Below the pieces are notes generated by a model. That model was not told the origin of the DNA. It was given only the letters and a program-made list of their open reading frames with translations, and searched no databases. Position numbers and translations under genes: made by a program. A stretch of 64,000 nt of DNA, from the IMG/VR virus record IMGVR_UViG_3300032138_000008, positions 1 through 64,000 of that record. One strand, written 5' to 3'. The DNA comes from a virus (lineage: Duplodnaviria > Caudoviricetes). The first letter of the stretch is position 1. Each line of letters opens with the position of its first letter. Below, one piece after another: positions 20,973 to 30,204 of the stretch.

Positions 20973-22100
20973 ATGAACAACCCTGACGATTTTGATTTTG
21001 CCGAGACAGCAAGCGAGGTTAACCCGCCTGCTCTCGACACCCCCACCACTAGTAAGACCGATGACTTTGATTTCGTCGATCATTATGGTGACGATGAAGA
21101 AGTAACCCACGAGAACTTGCTGCCGGCGAATACTATTCCCGCATCTTTGAACTGCGCCATTGTTGGCGTAGGTGGAGGTGGGGGCAAGATGGCCAAAGCC
21201 TTTCTCGATCTTGGTTACAATAGGACTTTGCTTGTCAATACCACTTCTAAAGATGTTCCTGACGATGTGGATGATAAGCATGTGGTTTTGATTCCCGATG
21301 CCGATGGCATTGGAAAAGATGTGAATTTAGGAAAAGCTGTGTTTGATGCAAACAGTACGGTCGTAGAAGATGCCCTCCGCACAAAATTAGGCAAAGTTGA
21401 CTGGCTATTCGTTTGCGCCGGAGGTGGCGGTGGAACAGGTTCTGCCGTCGCTTCTCTACACAGCGTCTTTGAGCGTTACCTAAAGTCGGTGCAAGCTGAA
21501 GGCGAGGTAGTATATATTACGTCATGGCCGACAGCACAAGAATGCTTGAATCCCACAATTAGCAAGAATGCACTCGCGCTGGTTAACGATGTTTCAAAGC
21601 ATACTCACATCGTTTTGGACAACGAACGACAAGTGAAGCTGCTTCGTGGAAAGGTCGGCATGCTTAATCTGTTCCCGACGTCTAACACGGCATTCGCAAA
21701 GTTGATGACACAAGTCCTCAAGCTTTCCACCGAGAAATCTCCAATTCAATCGTTTGACACGAAAGATCTGGAAAGATGCTTGAGAACACCACAAAGAATG
21801 TTTATTGGTTCGACCATGGTGAAAGATCCCGCTACTCCCAATCTTGGAGCAATGATTCTCCAGAATTGCATGAAGCGCTCACCGTGCCCAGCCCCCAAAG
21901 GAAAGCCTAAGACAGGCGCACTATTATTGATCGCGTCATCTGACATGGCAAACGATCCCGAAATCAGCAAGCACATGGATGCTGCGATTGGATATGTTGG
22001 CGGCAGAACGGACACACTTTTTTCAGGCGTTTACATTAATGATAACGTACCTGGGCTCGTTGCCATACTATGTATGAATGGGCTACCCAAAGGAAAATGA
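20973..22100 (+). CDS. Tubulin/FtsZ-family GTPase (PhuZ/TubZ-like)
   Basis: IVGVGGGGGKMA, LLVNT, signature AGGGGGTGSA, VLDNE; acidic N-terminal extension. Confidence 0.85.
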   Translation: MNNPDDFDFAETASEVNPPALDTPTTSKTDDFDFVDHYGDDEEVTHENLLPANTIPASLNCAIVGVGGGGGKMAKAFLDLGYNRTLLVNTTSKDVPDDVDDKHVVLIPDADGIGKDVNLGKAVFDANSTVVEDALRTKLGKVDWLFVCAGGGGGTGSAVASLHSVFERYLKSVQAEGEVVYITSWPTAQECLNPTISKNALALVNDVSKHTHIVLDNERQVKLLRGKVGMLNLFPTSNTAFAKLMTQVLKLSTEKSPIQSFDTKDLERCLRTPQRMFIGSTMVKDPATPNLGAMILQNCMKRSPCPAPKGKPKTGALLLIASSDMANDPEISKHMDAAIGYVGGRTDTLFSGVYINDNVPGLVAILCMNGLPKGK

Positions 22101-22333
22101 AGATGAAAGTCACCGCATCACGACTTAAGCAGATTATCAAAGAAGAGATTACGAACATGAATCGAAGTCTTGGTGAATTTGCTCAATGGGTGGCGGAGGT
22201 TGATGGACATATTGAAAACCTGTCAGGAGAATACGTATCTGCTGAAGAGATACCCTCTGATATTAACTTATATGATTTATGGCTTAGCGGGGTATCTCCC
22301 GATCAAGCAGCCGGAGACTTAATGGGAGCATAA
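22097..22333 (+). CDS. Small protein with class I leader (MKVTASRLKQIIKEE)
   Basis: ATGA overlap with the tubulin stop; leader motif; start moved from 22070 in the ORF track. Confidence 0.65.
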   Translation: MKMKVTASRLKQIIKEEITNMNRSLGEFAQWVAEVDGHIENLSGEYVSAEEIPSDINLYDLWLSGVSPDQAAGDLMGA

Positions 22334-22468
22334 ATGAAGCTTTGGAATAAACTAAATCACTGGCTCGACTGGCGCGGCATTAAGTGGACCGATATTCTTG
22401 GTTCGGCTGTAGCGTTTGGAACAATCATTGCACTAGTTATAGTATTAACCTGGGCCGGATTACAATGA
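22334..22468 (+). CDS. 44-aa single-pass membrane peptide
   Basis: MKLWNKLNHWLDWRGIKWTDILGSAVAFGTIIALVIVLTWAGLQ; GGAG upstream, ATGA overlap downstream; below ORF-track cutoff. Confidence 0.55.
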   Translation: MKLWNKLNHWLDWRGIKWTDILGSAVAFGTIIALVIVLTWAGLQ

Positions 22469-22662
22469 AGGAAAAGCTCTTAAGATTGTGGAGTGTAGAT
22501 GTGCTGGCTGTAGGGCTAGCATTACTTGCTTTGGCATACGCATGCTGTGTACACCATCGAGCACAAGAGAGATTAAACGAAATCCAAGACGTCGTAAATC
22601 AAGGCATCCATATTCCAGTACAGCCAAGCCCCCCTATTAAATTTGAGCCAGAATGTCAATGA
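22465..22662 (+). CDS. 65-aa membrane protein
   Basis: MKEKLLRLWSVDVLAVGLALLALAYACC...; coupled on both sides by ATGA overlaps. Confidence 0.55.
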   Translation: MKEKLLRLWSVDVLAVGLALLALAYACCVHHRAQERLNEIQDVVNQGIHIPVQPSPPIKFEPECQ

Positions 22663-23513
22663 AGATTACAAAAGCAAAATTATTGGAATTAATTCAGGAA
22701 GAGGTCGAAAGCTCTCTTACCGAATTAAACCCATTCAAAACTCTCGCCGATCAGACTCCTGAAGATTTAGCCGACGATGAAGACGAAGATTCCAGTGCAC
22801 TCCGCGGCGATGATGTATTGGCAGTGAAAGGTCCCCGAGTACGCGATATCCCGGAGCCCGATTCGTGGCCAGTTGCGCCAGGACAAGAGGCTATCATGCA
22901 GGCATTTAACGATTTGTGGGATGCTGAATATATGGCAAAACTCAAAAAGAAATTAAGCCCTCAAGACTACAAGGAAGTTGAAGCAGACTTCCAACGCAAG
23001 ATGATGGCACAAGCGCGCAAGATTGCCTCCGCCCAAGCAAAAGCTGGCACCGTAGCCATGGCTGAACCTCCCAAAAAGAAAAAGCGCTTTGGCTTTTTTG
23101 AGAATGTGGAAGGGCGCCCCAACGCCGAATTGCTAAAGTTATTGCGCAGCATGCTACAAACTGCTCAACAGCCTTATACCGATGAGCAGGAACTGCTGTC
23201 GTTGGGCGACGAGCTTCAAGCCATGCTAGATCAATTGGGTCCGTCTGATCAATGGGCCAAAGAACAAGGCTATGATCAGCCCACCTATAGCGAAGAGATG
23301 GAGCGATACATTAGAGAAGAACTTGAAGCGTATCTTAACGAGAAAAAAACAAAGGTCTCCAAACCTGGACAAAAAAGAGTTTCGGATAAGATCGGCGCGA
23401 TGACAGATGCAGGCGAATGTGATGACAACCCTAAACAATGTCAGGCAATTGCTTATTCATATGAAGAGCGCGACGAGCTTCCAAAAAAAGAAGGAAAGAG
23501 GAATACAAAATGA
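22659..23513 (+). CDS. Protein with class I leader (MKITKAKLLELIQEE), an internal leader-like segment (YIREELEAYLNE) and a C-terminal QxxAIAYS module
   Basis: ATGA overlap at 22659; motifs read from the translation. Confidence 0.65.
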   Translation: MKITKAKLLELIQEEVESSLTELNPFKTLADQTPEDLADDEDEDSSALRGDDVLAVKGPRVRDIPEPDSWPVAPGQEAIMQAFNDLWDAEYMAKLKKKLSPQDYKEVEADFQRKMMAQARKIASAQAKAGTVAMAEPPKKKKRFGFFENVEGRPNAELLKLLRSMLQTAQQPYTDEQELLSLGDELQAMLDQLGPSDQWAKEQGYDQPTYSEEMERYIREELEAYLNEKKTKVSKPGQKRVSDKIGAMTDAGECDDNPKQCQAIAYSYEERDELPKKEGKRNTK

Positions 23514-23701
23514 GTTTATTAACAAAAGCATGGAATTGTGCACGCACTGCAGCAGGATACGTCTGGGACGTCGTTTTGGATGTAGGGTGGTCAGTATGGA
23601 ACGAAGTTAAAGACGGTGCAATGCGCCTAAGCTGGTGGCTATTGGTCGGATTAGTCTGGCTGGATGGACTAGCAGTAGGCTGGTGGCTCTGGAGCAACTA
23701 A
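23510..23701 (+). CDS. Trp-rich 63-aa membrane protein (lysis cluster)
   Basis: Hydrophobic C-terminus WWLLVGLVWLDGLAVGWWLW; GAGG upstream; ATGA/TAATG coupling. Confidence 0.5.
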   Translation: MSLLTKAWNCARTAAGYVWDVVLDVGWSVWNEVKDGAMRLSWWLLVGLVWLDGLAVGWWLWSN

Positions 23702-23895
23702 TGGCTGAACACAAAGGATTTGTTGATACATGGCTGATGAAGCTAACATCTCGTAAGCTTCTGGTATGGTTGACGGCATCTGGATTAGCATTCACCGGAC
23801 ACCTCACTAGCGGCGACTGGGTGCTCATCAGTACCGTATTTATCGGAACGCAAGGTGTTGTCGATATTGTTGAGCGCTTCAAGGGATTTAAGTGA
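23701..23895 (+). CDS. Putative holin (two hydrophobic segments)
   Basis: LTSRKLLVWLTASGLAF...WVLISTVFIGTQG with basic C-terminus; start at TAATG overlap 23701. Confidence 0.5.
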   Translation: MAEHKGFVDTWLMKLTSRKLLVWLTASGLAFTGHLTSGDWVLISTVFIGTQGVVDIVERFKGFK

Positions 23896-24278
23896 CGCCC
23901 CAGCAGATAGCAATACAGTTTTTAGTGAAGAATTGGAAGGGCGTACTTATTGCCCTTCTTTCGCTTGTGATTATGGGCAAAATGCGCTATGATCACCATC
24001 AGATGTTAGCAGCCTACGAAGCCTCCGAGCAGTCTCTCCAAGCGCAAATCGCCGGCTTGAAAGACATCCATCAACGGCAGATGGCCGATATGGAGAACTC
24101 TCTACAGGTCTATAAAGATACGCTAGAGCAAATAGAGCGCGACTATCAGGAGAGCCAAGATGCCTTATTGCAAGTCATGGCCGACAAGCGCGAAACTTAC
24201 GGCAAGCAATTCTCACAGGATCCCGCCGCACTCGCAGAATCTATTGTGTTAATGTACGGGTTTGATTATGTTCCTTAG
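23892..24278 (+). CDS. Putative inner-membrane spanin (i-spanin-like)
   Basis: N-terminal TM (GVLIALLSLVIM) followed by a long coiled coil; follows the holin-like gene. Confidence 0.5.
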   Translation: MTPQQIAIQFLVKNWKGVLIALLSLVIMGKMRYDHHQMLAAYEASEQSLQAQIAGLKDIHQRQMADMENSLQVYKDTLEQIERDYQESQDALLQVMADKRETYGKQFSQDPAALAESIVLMYGFDYVP

Positions 24279-24690
24279 TCTATTATTAATGTTGTCGGGA
24301 CCCGCTGAAGCTGCGGATGTGGGCAAGTTTACTTTTCTAGGCGAGCAACAATGCGCACCATTTGAGGGAGTCTTATTCGATCCCCCCGCTTTGGCTGAGG
24401 TCCTTGCGCGCAATGCCACTGCCAGCCTCGCATGCCAAGCACGAATTGAATATGAGCTTTCGGTGGAAGCCGCAAGCTATGAGCTAGAGCTTCGCAATTG
24501 GGAGATTCAATACAACGCCATGCACGAAGAAACAAGCCTTCTTATTTTCCAGAAGGATCAAGAAATCGAAAAGCTCCAAAAATCTCTGTTACGACAGTCC
24601 CCCCGCAATAATTGGCTTTGGGGCGCGGGCGGTGTAGGAGTGGGAATCTTGAGCACCTATGCGGCTTATAGGCTGTTTAATGAGCAGTAA
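24268..24690 (+). CDS. Secreted coiled-coil protein with C-terminal Gly-rich hydrophobic helix; candidate spanin partner
   Basis: Signal peptide MFLSLLLMLSGPAEA; coiled coil; C-terminal WLWGAGGVGVGILSTYAAY; overlaps i-spanin-like gene. Confidence 0.45.
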   Translation: MFLSLLLMLSGPAEAADVGKFTFLGEQQCAPFEGVLFDPPALAEVLARNATASLACQARIEYELSVEAASYELELRNWEIQYNAMHEETSLLIFQKDQEIEKLQKSLLRQSPRNNWLWGAGGVGVGILSTYAAYRLFNEQ

Positions 24691-25066
24691 GAAACCAAAC
24701 GAAATTGCCGCGATAGAACAAGCCATCAGCCAGAAATATGGTGAAGAAACTATTCAAAACCCCCGCGCAAATTGGGACGAGATTAAAGAGAAAGAATATC
24801 TCGAACAAATGCGAGAACTCTATAAAAAGACAGCCCAGCGCGAAACCTTTGAAGAGAAAATAGATGTAAATGGTATAAAGGTTTCAAAGAAACTATTTAA
24901 TAGAGATTCTTTACAGCGTTGTCCAGTTTGTTTTTCTCTCTCGAAAAAAGCGGCAGATGATGTGTGTCTTCTAAAATTTGAGTGTTGTCATCCGTGCTAC
25001 ATTAAATATGTCGAAGACAGAGAAGAAAGATGGTTAACCGGTTGGAGACCAAATTTAGAGGAATAA
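24680..25066 (+). CDS. Cys-rich (zinc-finger-like) hypothetical protein
   Basis: CPVC...C...CCHPC; start at ATG 24680. Confidence 0.55.
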   Translation: MSSKKPNEIAAIEQAISQKYGEETIQNPRANWDEIKEKEYLEQMRELYKKTAQRETFEEKIDVNGIKVSKKLFNRDSLQRCPVCFSLSKKAADDVCLLKFECCHPCYIKYVEDREERWLTGWRPNLEE

Positions 25067-25070
25067 AATA

Positions 25071-25634
25071 ATGGCATCAATTTACGAAATCGTACAAGGA
25101 CTCGCTCAAGCGGCCGCAAACTCATATGACGGCGCTCTGGGAGAGGATTATGAACCCGACAAGCCGGGGATCCTTCGTCGAGAAGAGGGAGACGCCCTTA
25201 TCGATCAGCGCGTGATGGATGGATTTAACGTTAAGTTTTATGGCGACATGATGTGCTTGAGTTATCAATCCGAGATTCAGCTAAAGGAAGTTTATGCTTC
25301 CGGCTTTGAAGGAGACACTGACCAGCGTCTCTCAGATATCGCAGGATGGATCAAGAAAGAATACAAAAAGATTACAGGGAATTCGGTTACGTTGACCGAA
25401 GAGGGAGAAGTTGACATTCGTGTCGAAAACTCCTCTCGCATTCGCACATGGGTTCTTGCTAAGAAGCACTATCGCATTGGCGGACTTTCCGAAGACATGA
25501 ATGATGATAATTCGGGGAATATGGCACCAGTCGAAAAAAACTGGGAAACGTTTCTCAAGCTTGGCGGGTGGAATGGCAAAGGCGGATCACGCCCCGATAA
25601 CGACACTCGCAAGAAAGGTTCGGAGACTGAATAA
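25071..25634 (+). CDS. Hypothetical protein (187 aa)
   Basis: GAGGA upstream; TAATG coupling downstream. Confidence 0.6.
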   Translation: MASIYEIVQGLAQAAANSYDGALGEDYEPDKPGILRREEGDALIDQRVMDGFNVKFYGDMMCLSYQSEIQLKEVYASGFEGDTDQRLSDIAGWIKKEYKKITGNSVTLTEEGEVDIRVENSSRIRTWVLAKKHYRIGGLSEDMNDDNSGNMAPVEKNWETFLKLGGWNGKGGSRPDNDTRKKGSETE

Positions 25635-25804
25635 TGAAGATTTCAATTGAACGACTCAAAGAGATCATTATGGAAGAAGTTGCGAGAGCAACGGCTATGG
25701 AACTGGTGGAAAATCAAGAACTCCCCAAAGAGTCTGCTATTGGCGAAGTTGGTTACACCCCAGAAGACCTCGAAGAAACAATAGAAATCGTAGATGATGA
25801 ATGA
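25634..25804 (+). CDS. 56-aa acidic protein with class I leader (MKISIERLKEIIMEE)
   Basis: Translated by hand; TAATG overlap upstream and ATGA overlap with terminase; missed by ORF track. Confidence 0.65.
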   Translation: MKISIERLKEIIMEEVARATAMELVENQELPKESAIGEVGYTPEDLEETIEIVDDE

Positions 25805-27384
25805 GTTTTCAATTAGACAAGAAACAGCAAGTCAACGAAATCCTCAAATGTGGTAAAGACCCCGCTTACTTTCTTAAGACTTACGCCCGTATATCTCACC
25901 CGATGCACGGGCTGATTTTATTCGATACTTATGATTTCCAAGATGAACTGCTTAACGATTTTAACGATTATCGTTTTAACGTTATTCTGAAAGCCCGACA
26001 GCTTGGTATCTCTACCATTACTGCAGGCTACATTGTATGGCTTATGTTGTTTCACCGCGACAAGGCCATTCTCGTTATGGCAACCAAGTTTGCCACCGCC
26101 GGCAACCTCGTCAAAAAGGTTAAAGGCATCATGCGCAATGTGCCCGAGTGGTTAAAGATCGCAACAATCAGTGTTGACAACCGCACATCTTTCGAGTTGT
26201 CCAATGGCTCCTCTATTAAAGCCGCGTCCACTTCCGGCGATGCCGGACGTTCTGAAGCCCTGTCTCTTTTGGTGCTCGACGAGGCCGCCCACATCGAAGG
26301 ACTAGAAGAATTATGGACTGGTCTATATCCCACCCTATCTACAGGTGGTCGCTGCATTGCGTTGTCGACCCCTAATGGTGTAGGAAACTGGTTTCATAAG
26401 ACTTGCACGGATTCCGAAGCTGGCACTAACAACTTTAATCTTACCACTCTCCCATGGGACGTACATCCAGACCGTGATGAACAATGGTATAAGAAAGAAA
26501 CCAAAAACATGTCCCGGCGCCAAATCGCCCAAGAGCTAGAATGTAATTTCAATACCTCTGGTGAAACTGTTATCGATCCGGAGTGCATGGAGTGGATGTT
26601 GTCCAACGTAAAAGAACCAAAATACCGCACTGGCTTTGATCGGAACTTCTGGATTTGGGAAGAATTTGATCCTACCTGCAATTATTTAATCGTCGTCGAT
26701 GTTTCTCGCGGAGACGGCGCCGACTTTTCCACATTTCATGTTTTAAAATTAGAAACACTTGAAATCATTGGAGAATATCAAGGCAAACTCACGCCTGATT
26801 TGTTCGCCAACATGCTAAACCAAGTGGGCCGAGAGTTCGGAAACGCAATGATGGTAGTAGAAAATAATAATATTGGTTATACAGTACTTGACAAACTGAT
26901 AGAATACGGTTATCCTAATATATATTATTCTATTAAATCGACGCATGAATATATTGAACAGCATGAAGCTGAATATAAGAGCAGTGCGATTCCTGGCTTC
27001 ACGACCTCCATGAAAACCCGCCCCCTCATCGTGGCGAAATTAGAGGAGTTTGTCAGGAACAAACTAATTAAGGTGTATTCTGCACGTACTGTTAATGAAA
27101 TGAAAACTTTTATTTGGAAAAATGGCAAAGCTCAAGCAATGAAAAGCTATAATGACGATCTCATTATGGCGTTGGCAATTGCGTGCTGGGTTCGTGACAC
27201 CGCGATTCAATCGAATGCCCGAGATTTAAATTATAAGAAAGCTTTTGTAGACGCAATCATTACAACGAAGACCACGATGAACACTCGTGTGTCTGGACAA
27301 CATGGCTATAAGAAAGACAATGTTCTTGACAAGATGACTGAAGCTCAAAAGATGTACGATCAATATAAATGGATTATTAAGTGA
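25801..27384 (+). CDS. terL: Terminase large subunit (T4 gp17-like)
   Basis: Walker A ILKARQLGIST, Walker B LLVLDEAAH, LSTPNG, nuclease VVDVSRGDGADFS and NDDLIMALAIA. Confidence 0.95.
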   Translation: MSFQLDKKQQVNEILKCGKDPAYFLKTYARISHPMHGLILFDTYDFQDELLNDFNDYRFNVILKARQLGISTITAGYIVWLMLFHRDKAILVMATKFATAGNLVKKVKGIMRNVPEWLKIATISVDNRTSFELSNGSSIKAASTSGDAGRSEALSLLVLDEAAHIEGLEELWTGLYPTLSTGGRCIALSTPNGVGNWFHKTCTDSEAGTNNFNLTTLPWDVHPDRDEQWYKKETKNMSRRQIAQELECNFNTSGETVIDPECMEWMLSNVKEPKYRTGFDRNFWIWEEFDPTCNYLIVVDVSRGDGADFSTFHVLKLETLEIIGEYQGKLTPDLFANMLNQVGREFGNAMMVVENNNIGYTVLDKLIEYGYPNIYYSIKSTHEYIEQHEAEYKSSAIPGFTTSMKTRPLIVAKLEEFVRNKLIKVYSARTVNEMKTFIWKNGKAQAMKSYNDDLIMALAIACWVRDTAIQSNARDLNYKKAFVDAIITTKTTMNTRVSGQHGYKKDNVLDKMTEAQKMYDQYKWIIK

Positions 27385-27392
27385 GATTATAA

Positions 27393-29387
27393 ATGGCAGC
27401 CCCTAACAACAACCCCGCAAATAGCAATACCGGATTATTCAAAGCCCTCACTCGGCTTTTCTCCGGTCCAATCGTCAGCTACCGCTCCACATCGGGCCGG
27501 AAGATTCGACGACAACACCTCGACAAATTCGGCTCACGCTTTAAGTCAGCGTCTGGACAACAGTTTAAGAAGACCCTTTACAACCCTCTTGACATTGTTG
27601 CCACCAACGCCATTCAAAACCAGCGCCGTTCTGAGCGTTATGTAGATTTCGATCAAATGGAGTACATGCCCGAGATCGCATCCACAATGGACATCTACGC
27701 AGACGAAATGACGACCTTCTCCGAACTGCGGCCCATGCTAAACATCAAGTGCCCCAACGAAGAAATTGAAGCGGTGTTAGCCGTCATGTTTGAGAACATT
27801 CTGAATCTTCAGTATAACCTTTTCGGTTGGGCCCGCACCATGTGCAAGTACGGCGACTTCTTCCTTTATCTCGATGTAGACGAGAAATACGGCGTTCAGT
27901 CAGTTATCGCGCTTCCTTCCCAAGAAATTGAAAGACTGGAAGGCAAAGACGCCACAAACCCTAATTATGTTCAATACCAGTGGAACTCCGCCGGCATTAC
28001 TTTCGAGAACTGGCAAATTTCCCATTTCCGCATCTTAGGAAATGATAAGTATGCTCCGTATGGCACATCAATTTTAGAGCCAGCACGACGCATCTGGCGG
28101 CAGCTAACGCTTATGGAAGACGCCATGATGGCATACCGTGTTATCCGTTCATCCGAGCGCCGCGTGTTCAAGATTGACGTCGGTGGAATTCCCCCACAAG
28201 ACGTGGAGCAGTTTATGCAGAAGACTGTCACCAACCTCAAGCGCCACTCTATCGTTGACCCCTCAACTGGTAAAGTCGACTTGCGCTACAATCCCATGAG
28301 CATCGAAGAAGACTACTTTATTCCCGTGCGCCCCGGTTCTGCCACAGCCATCGAATCGCTCGCCGGCGCATCCAACATCACAGAGATTGATGATATCAAG
28401 TATCTCCGTGACAAACTATTTTCGGCATTGAAGGTGCCTCAATCCTACCTCACAATGGGTGAGGGCGGAGAAGAAGACAAGACAACACTCGCACAGAAAG
28501 ACATTCGCTTTGCACGAACCATTCAGAGACTACAAAGAGTTATTATCGCAGAGCTTACAAAGATTGGCATTATCCATCTCTATACTCTAGGCTTCAGAGG
28601 CGACGACTTATTAAGCTTTAGCTTATCTCTGAACAACCCTTCCAAGATCTCCGAGCTTCAAGAGATCGAATTTTGGAAGTCCAAGTTCGACATCGCAGCT
28701 TCCGCTACCGAAGGCTACTTCTCACGCCGTTGGGTGACTGAGAAGATCTTTGGCATGTCTAATGAAGAATTTATGCGCAACCAGCGCGAAATGTACTATG
28801 ACCGCAAGCACGATGCAGCCCTTCAGCAAGTGGCCGAAGCAGCAGCAGCCGAAGGCGCAGGTGGAATGGGCGGCGACATGGGCGGTGACTTAGGCGGTGA
28901 CTTAGGTGGGGGAGATCTCGACCTAGGAGGCACCGAAGCCGGCGGTCCTGAAGAGATGCCTGCAGCCGCGGCAGATGCTCCTGAAGGAGGAGGCGGAGAC
29001 GATTCAGCCCTTCTGGCAGTTCCCCCCGGTTCTAAGAATGAGCCTCGCTTAACTCCTGGTGCTAAGGGTAAAGTATACCACCCCAAGAAAGTAGACAGGC
29101 GCCCAGCAGGCGCCGCCAAGCGCTCTAATCTAGCAAAGGGCGGTGGACAAAAAGCTAGCGGAGGCATTCGCAACGTGGTGCCGGGACTAAGCGATTTGAA
29201 ATCTCTCAGCACAATGAACGGATTAGGAACAGGTGTTTATGAACAAGACGAGTCTACTTATAACAACGGCGAAATTTTAGAAGAGAAGAAATTGTTTCAA
29301 ATAAATGAATCTGTTCGAGCCCTTATCAACGGATTAGAAAGAATTAAGCAAGAACCAGCGGAGAACGAAAGTGAAAACGAAGCATAA
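27393..29387 (+). CDS. gp20: Portal vertex protein (T4 gp20-like) with Gly-rich C-terminal extension
   Basis: YRVIRSSERRVFKIDVG, EEDYFIPVR, DIKYLRDKLFSALKVP, DIRFARTIQRLQ; directly after terminase. Confidence 0.92.
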   Translation: MAAPNNNPANSNTGLFKALTRLFSGPIVSYRSTSGRKIRRQHLDKFGSRFKSASGQQFKKTLYNPLDIVATNAIQNQRRSERYVDFDQMEYMPEIASTMDIYADEMTTFSELRPMLNIKCPNEEIEAVLAVMFENILNLQYNLFGWARTMCKYGDFFLYLDVDEKYGVQSVIALPSQEIERLEGKDATNPNYVQYQWNSAGITFENWQISHFRILGNDKYAPYGTSILEPARRIWRQLTLMEDAMMAYRVIRSSERRVFKIDVGGIPPQDVEQFMQKTVTNLKRHSIVDPSTGKVDLRYNPMSIEEDYFIPVRPGSATAIESLAGASNITEIDDIKYLRDKLFSALKVPQSYLTMGEGGEEDKTTLAQKDIRFARTIQRLQRVIIAELTKIGIIHLYTLGFRGDDLLSFSLSLNNPSKISELQEIEFWKSKFDIAASATEGYFSRRWVTEKIFGMSNEEFMRNQREMYYDRKHDAALQQVAEAAAAEGAGGMGGDMGGDLGGDLGGGDLDLGGTEAGGPEEMPAAAADAPEGGGGDDSALLAVPPGSKNEPRLTPGAKGKVYHPKKVDRRPAGAAKRSNLAKGGGQKASGGIRNVVPGLSDLKSLSTMNGLGTGVYEQDESTYNNGEILEEKKLFQINESVRALINGLERIKQEPAENESENEA

Positions 29388-30204
29388 CAAAAAAAGAAAC
29401 ACTGCTTTTGTGTATGAGGCTCTCCTCCGAGAGGCCACTGTCGCGATTTTAAGGAAAGACGCTAAAAGACGTGACACCATATTAAACATTATCAAGAAGC
29501 ATTTTAAACCAGGATCAGTATTGAGACGAGATTTAGAGTGCCATCGCTCTTTATACGAAAACCAAGGGCTCGATGCAGAAACATCGACGAAGATTTTGCG
29601 AGAAGCCAAAATGGCTAGCCGCTTGATCGATCCCGCAGGACTGTTTGCTCATCAGAGCCGGCTCATCAGCGACATCAATCGCGACTTAGAGCCTGCTGTT
29701 TTCAACACCTTTGTTCCAAATTACAAGACCCTAGCATCCATTGCGCAAATCTTCTCACAGAAAGCCGCTCCCAAGGATCACGTCTTGTTAGAGAACGAGG
29801 TCATCAGCAAGATGACCGAAAACGCGGAGGTTATTCAACCTTCCCCAGATATTGACAATGTGGTAATTCGAGCTTTCACCAAAAAGTTTAATAACAAATA
29901 CGAAACCGAACTTTTGGACGAACAGAAAGAACTCTTGACACACTACATCTCGTCATTTGCCGATAACGCTTTAGAGCTTAAGACTTTTCTGAATGAGGAA
30001 ATCTCTCGTCTTAAAGTCCAATTAGAAACGGCCAAGAAAAGTGACGAGATCAAAAACGATGATCAAATGCTGGAAAAGACCAGCACTGTTATCGAACGCT
30101 TAAGCGCGTTCGCTCACTGTACGATTGACGATGACACTCTTCTGACAATCATGAAGACCCAAAGCTTAGTAAAGGAAATTGCCACCGATGTCAGTAACGA
30201 TTAA
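29371..30204 (+). CDS. Hypothetical head-assembly-region protein (277 aa)
   Basis: GTG start overlapping portal; contains LLRE, a candidate gp21 site. Confidence 0.6.
   Translation: MKTKHNKKRNTAFVYEALLREATVAILRKDAKRRDTILNIIKKHFKPGSVLRRDLECHRSLYENQGLDAETSTKILREAKMASRLIDPAGLFAHQSRLISDINRDLEPAVFNTFVPNYKTLASIAQIFSQKAAPKDHVLLENEVISKMTENAEVIQPSPDIDNVVIRAFTKKFNNKYETELLDEQKELLTHYISSFADNALELKTFLNEEISRLKVQLETAKKSDEIKNDDQMLEKTSTVIERLSAFAHCTIDDDTLLTIMKTQSLVKEIATDVSND

Noticed and set aside
25801-27384. Intein or intron in terminase or other core genes
   Set aside because: Lengths are normal, motifs are contiguous, and no intein or homing-endonuclease signatures were seen
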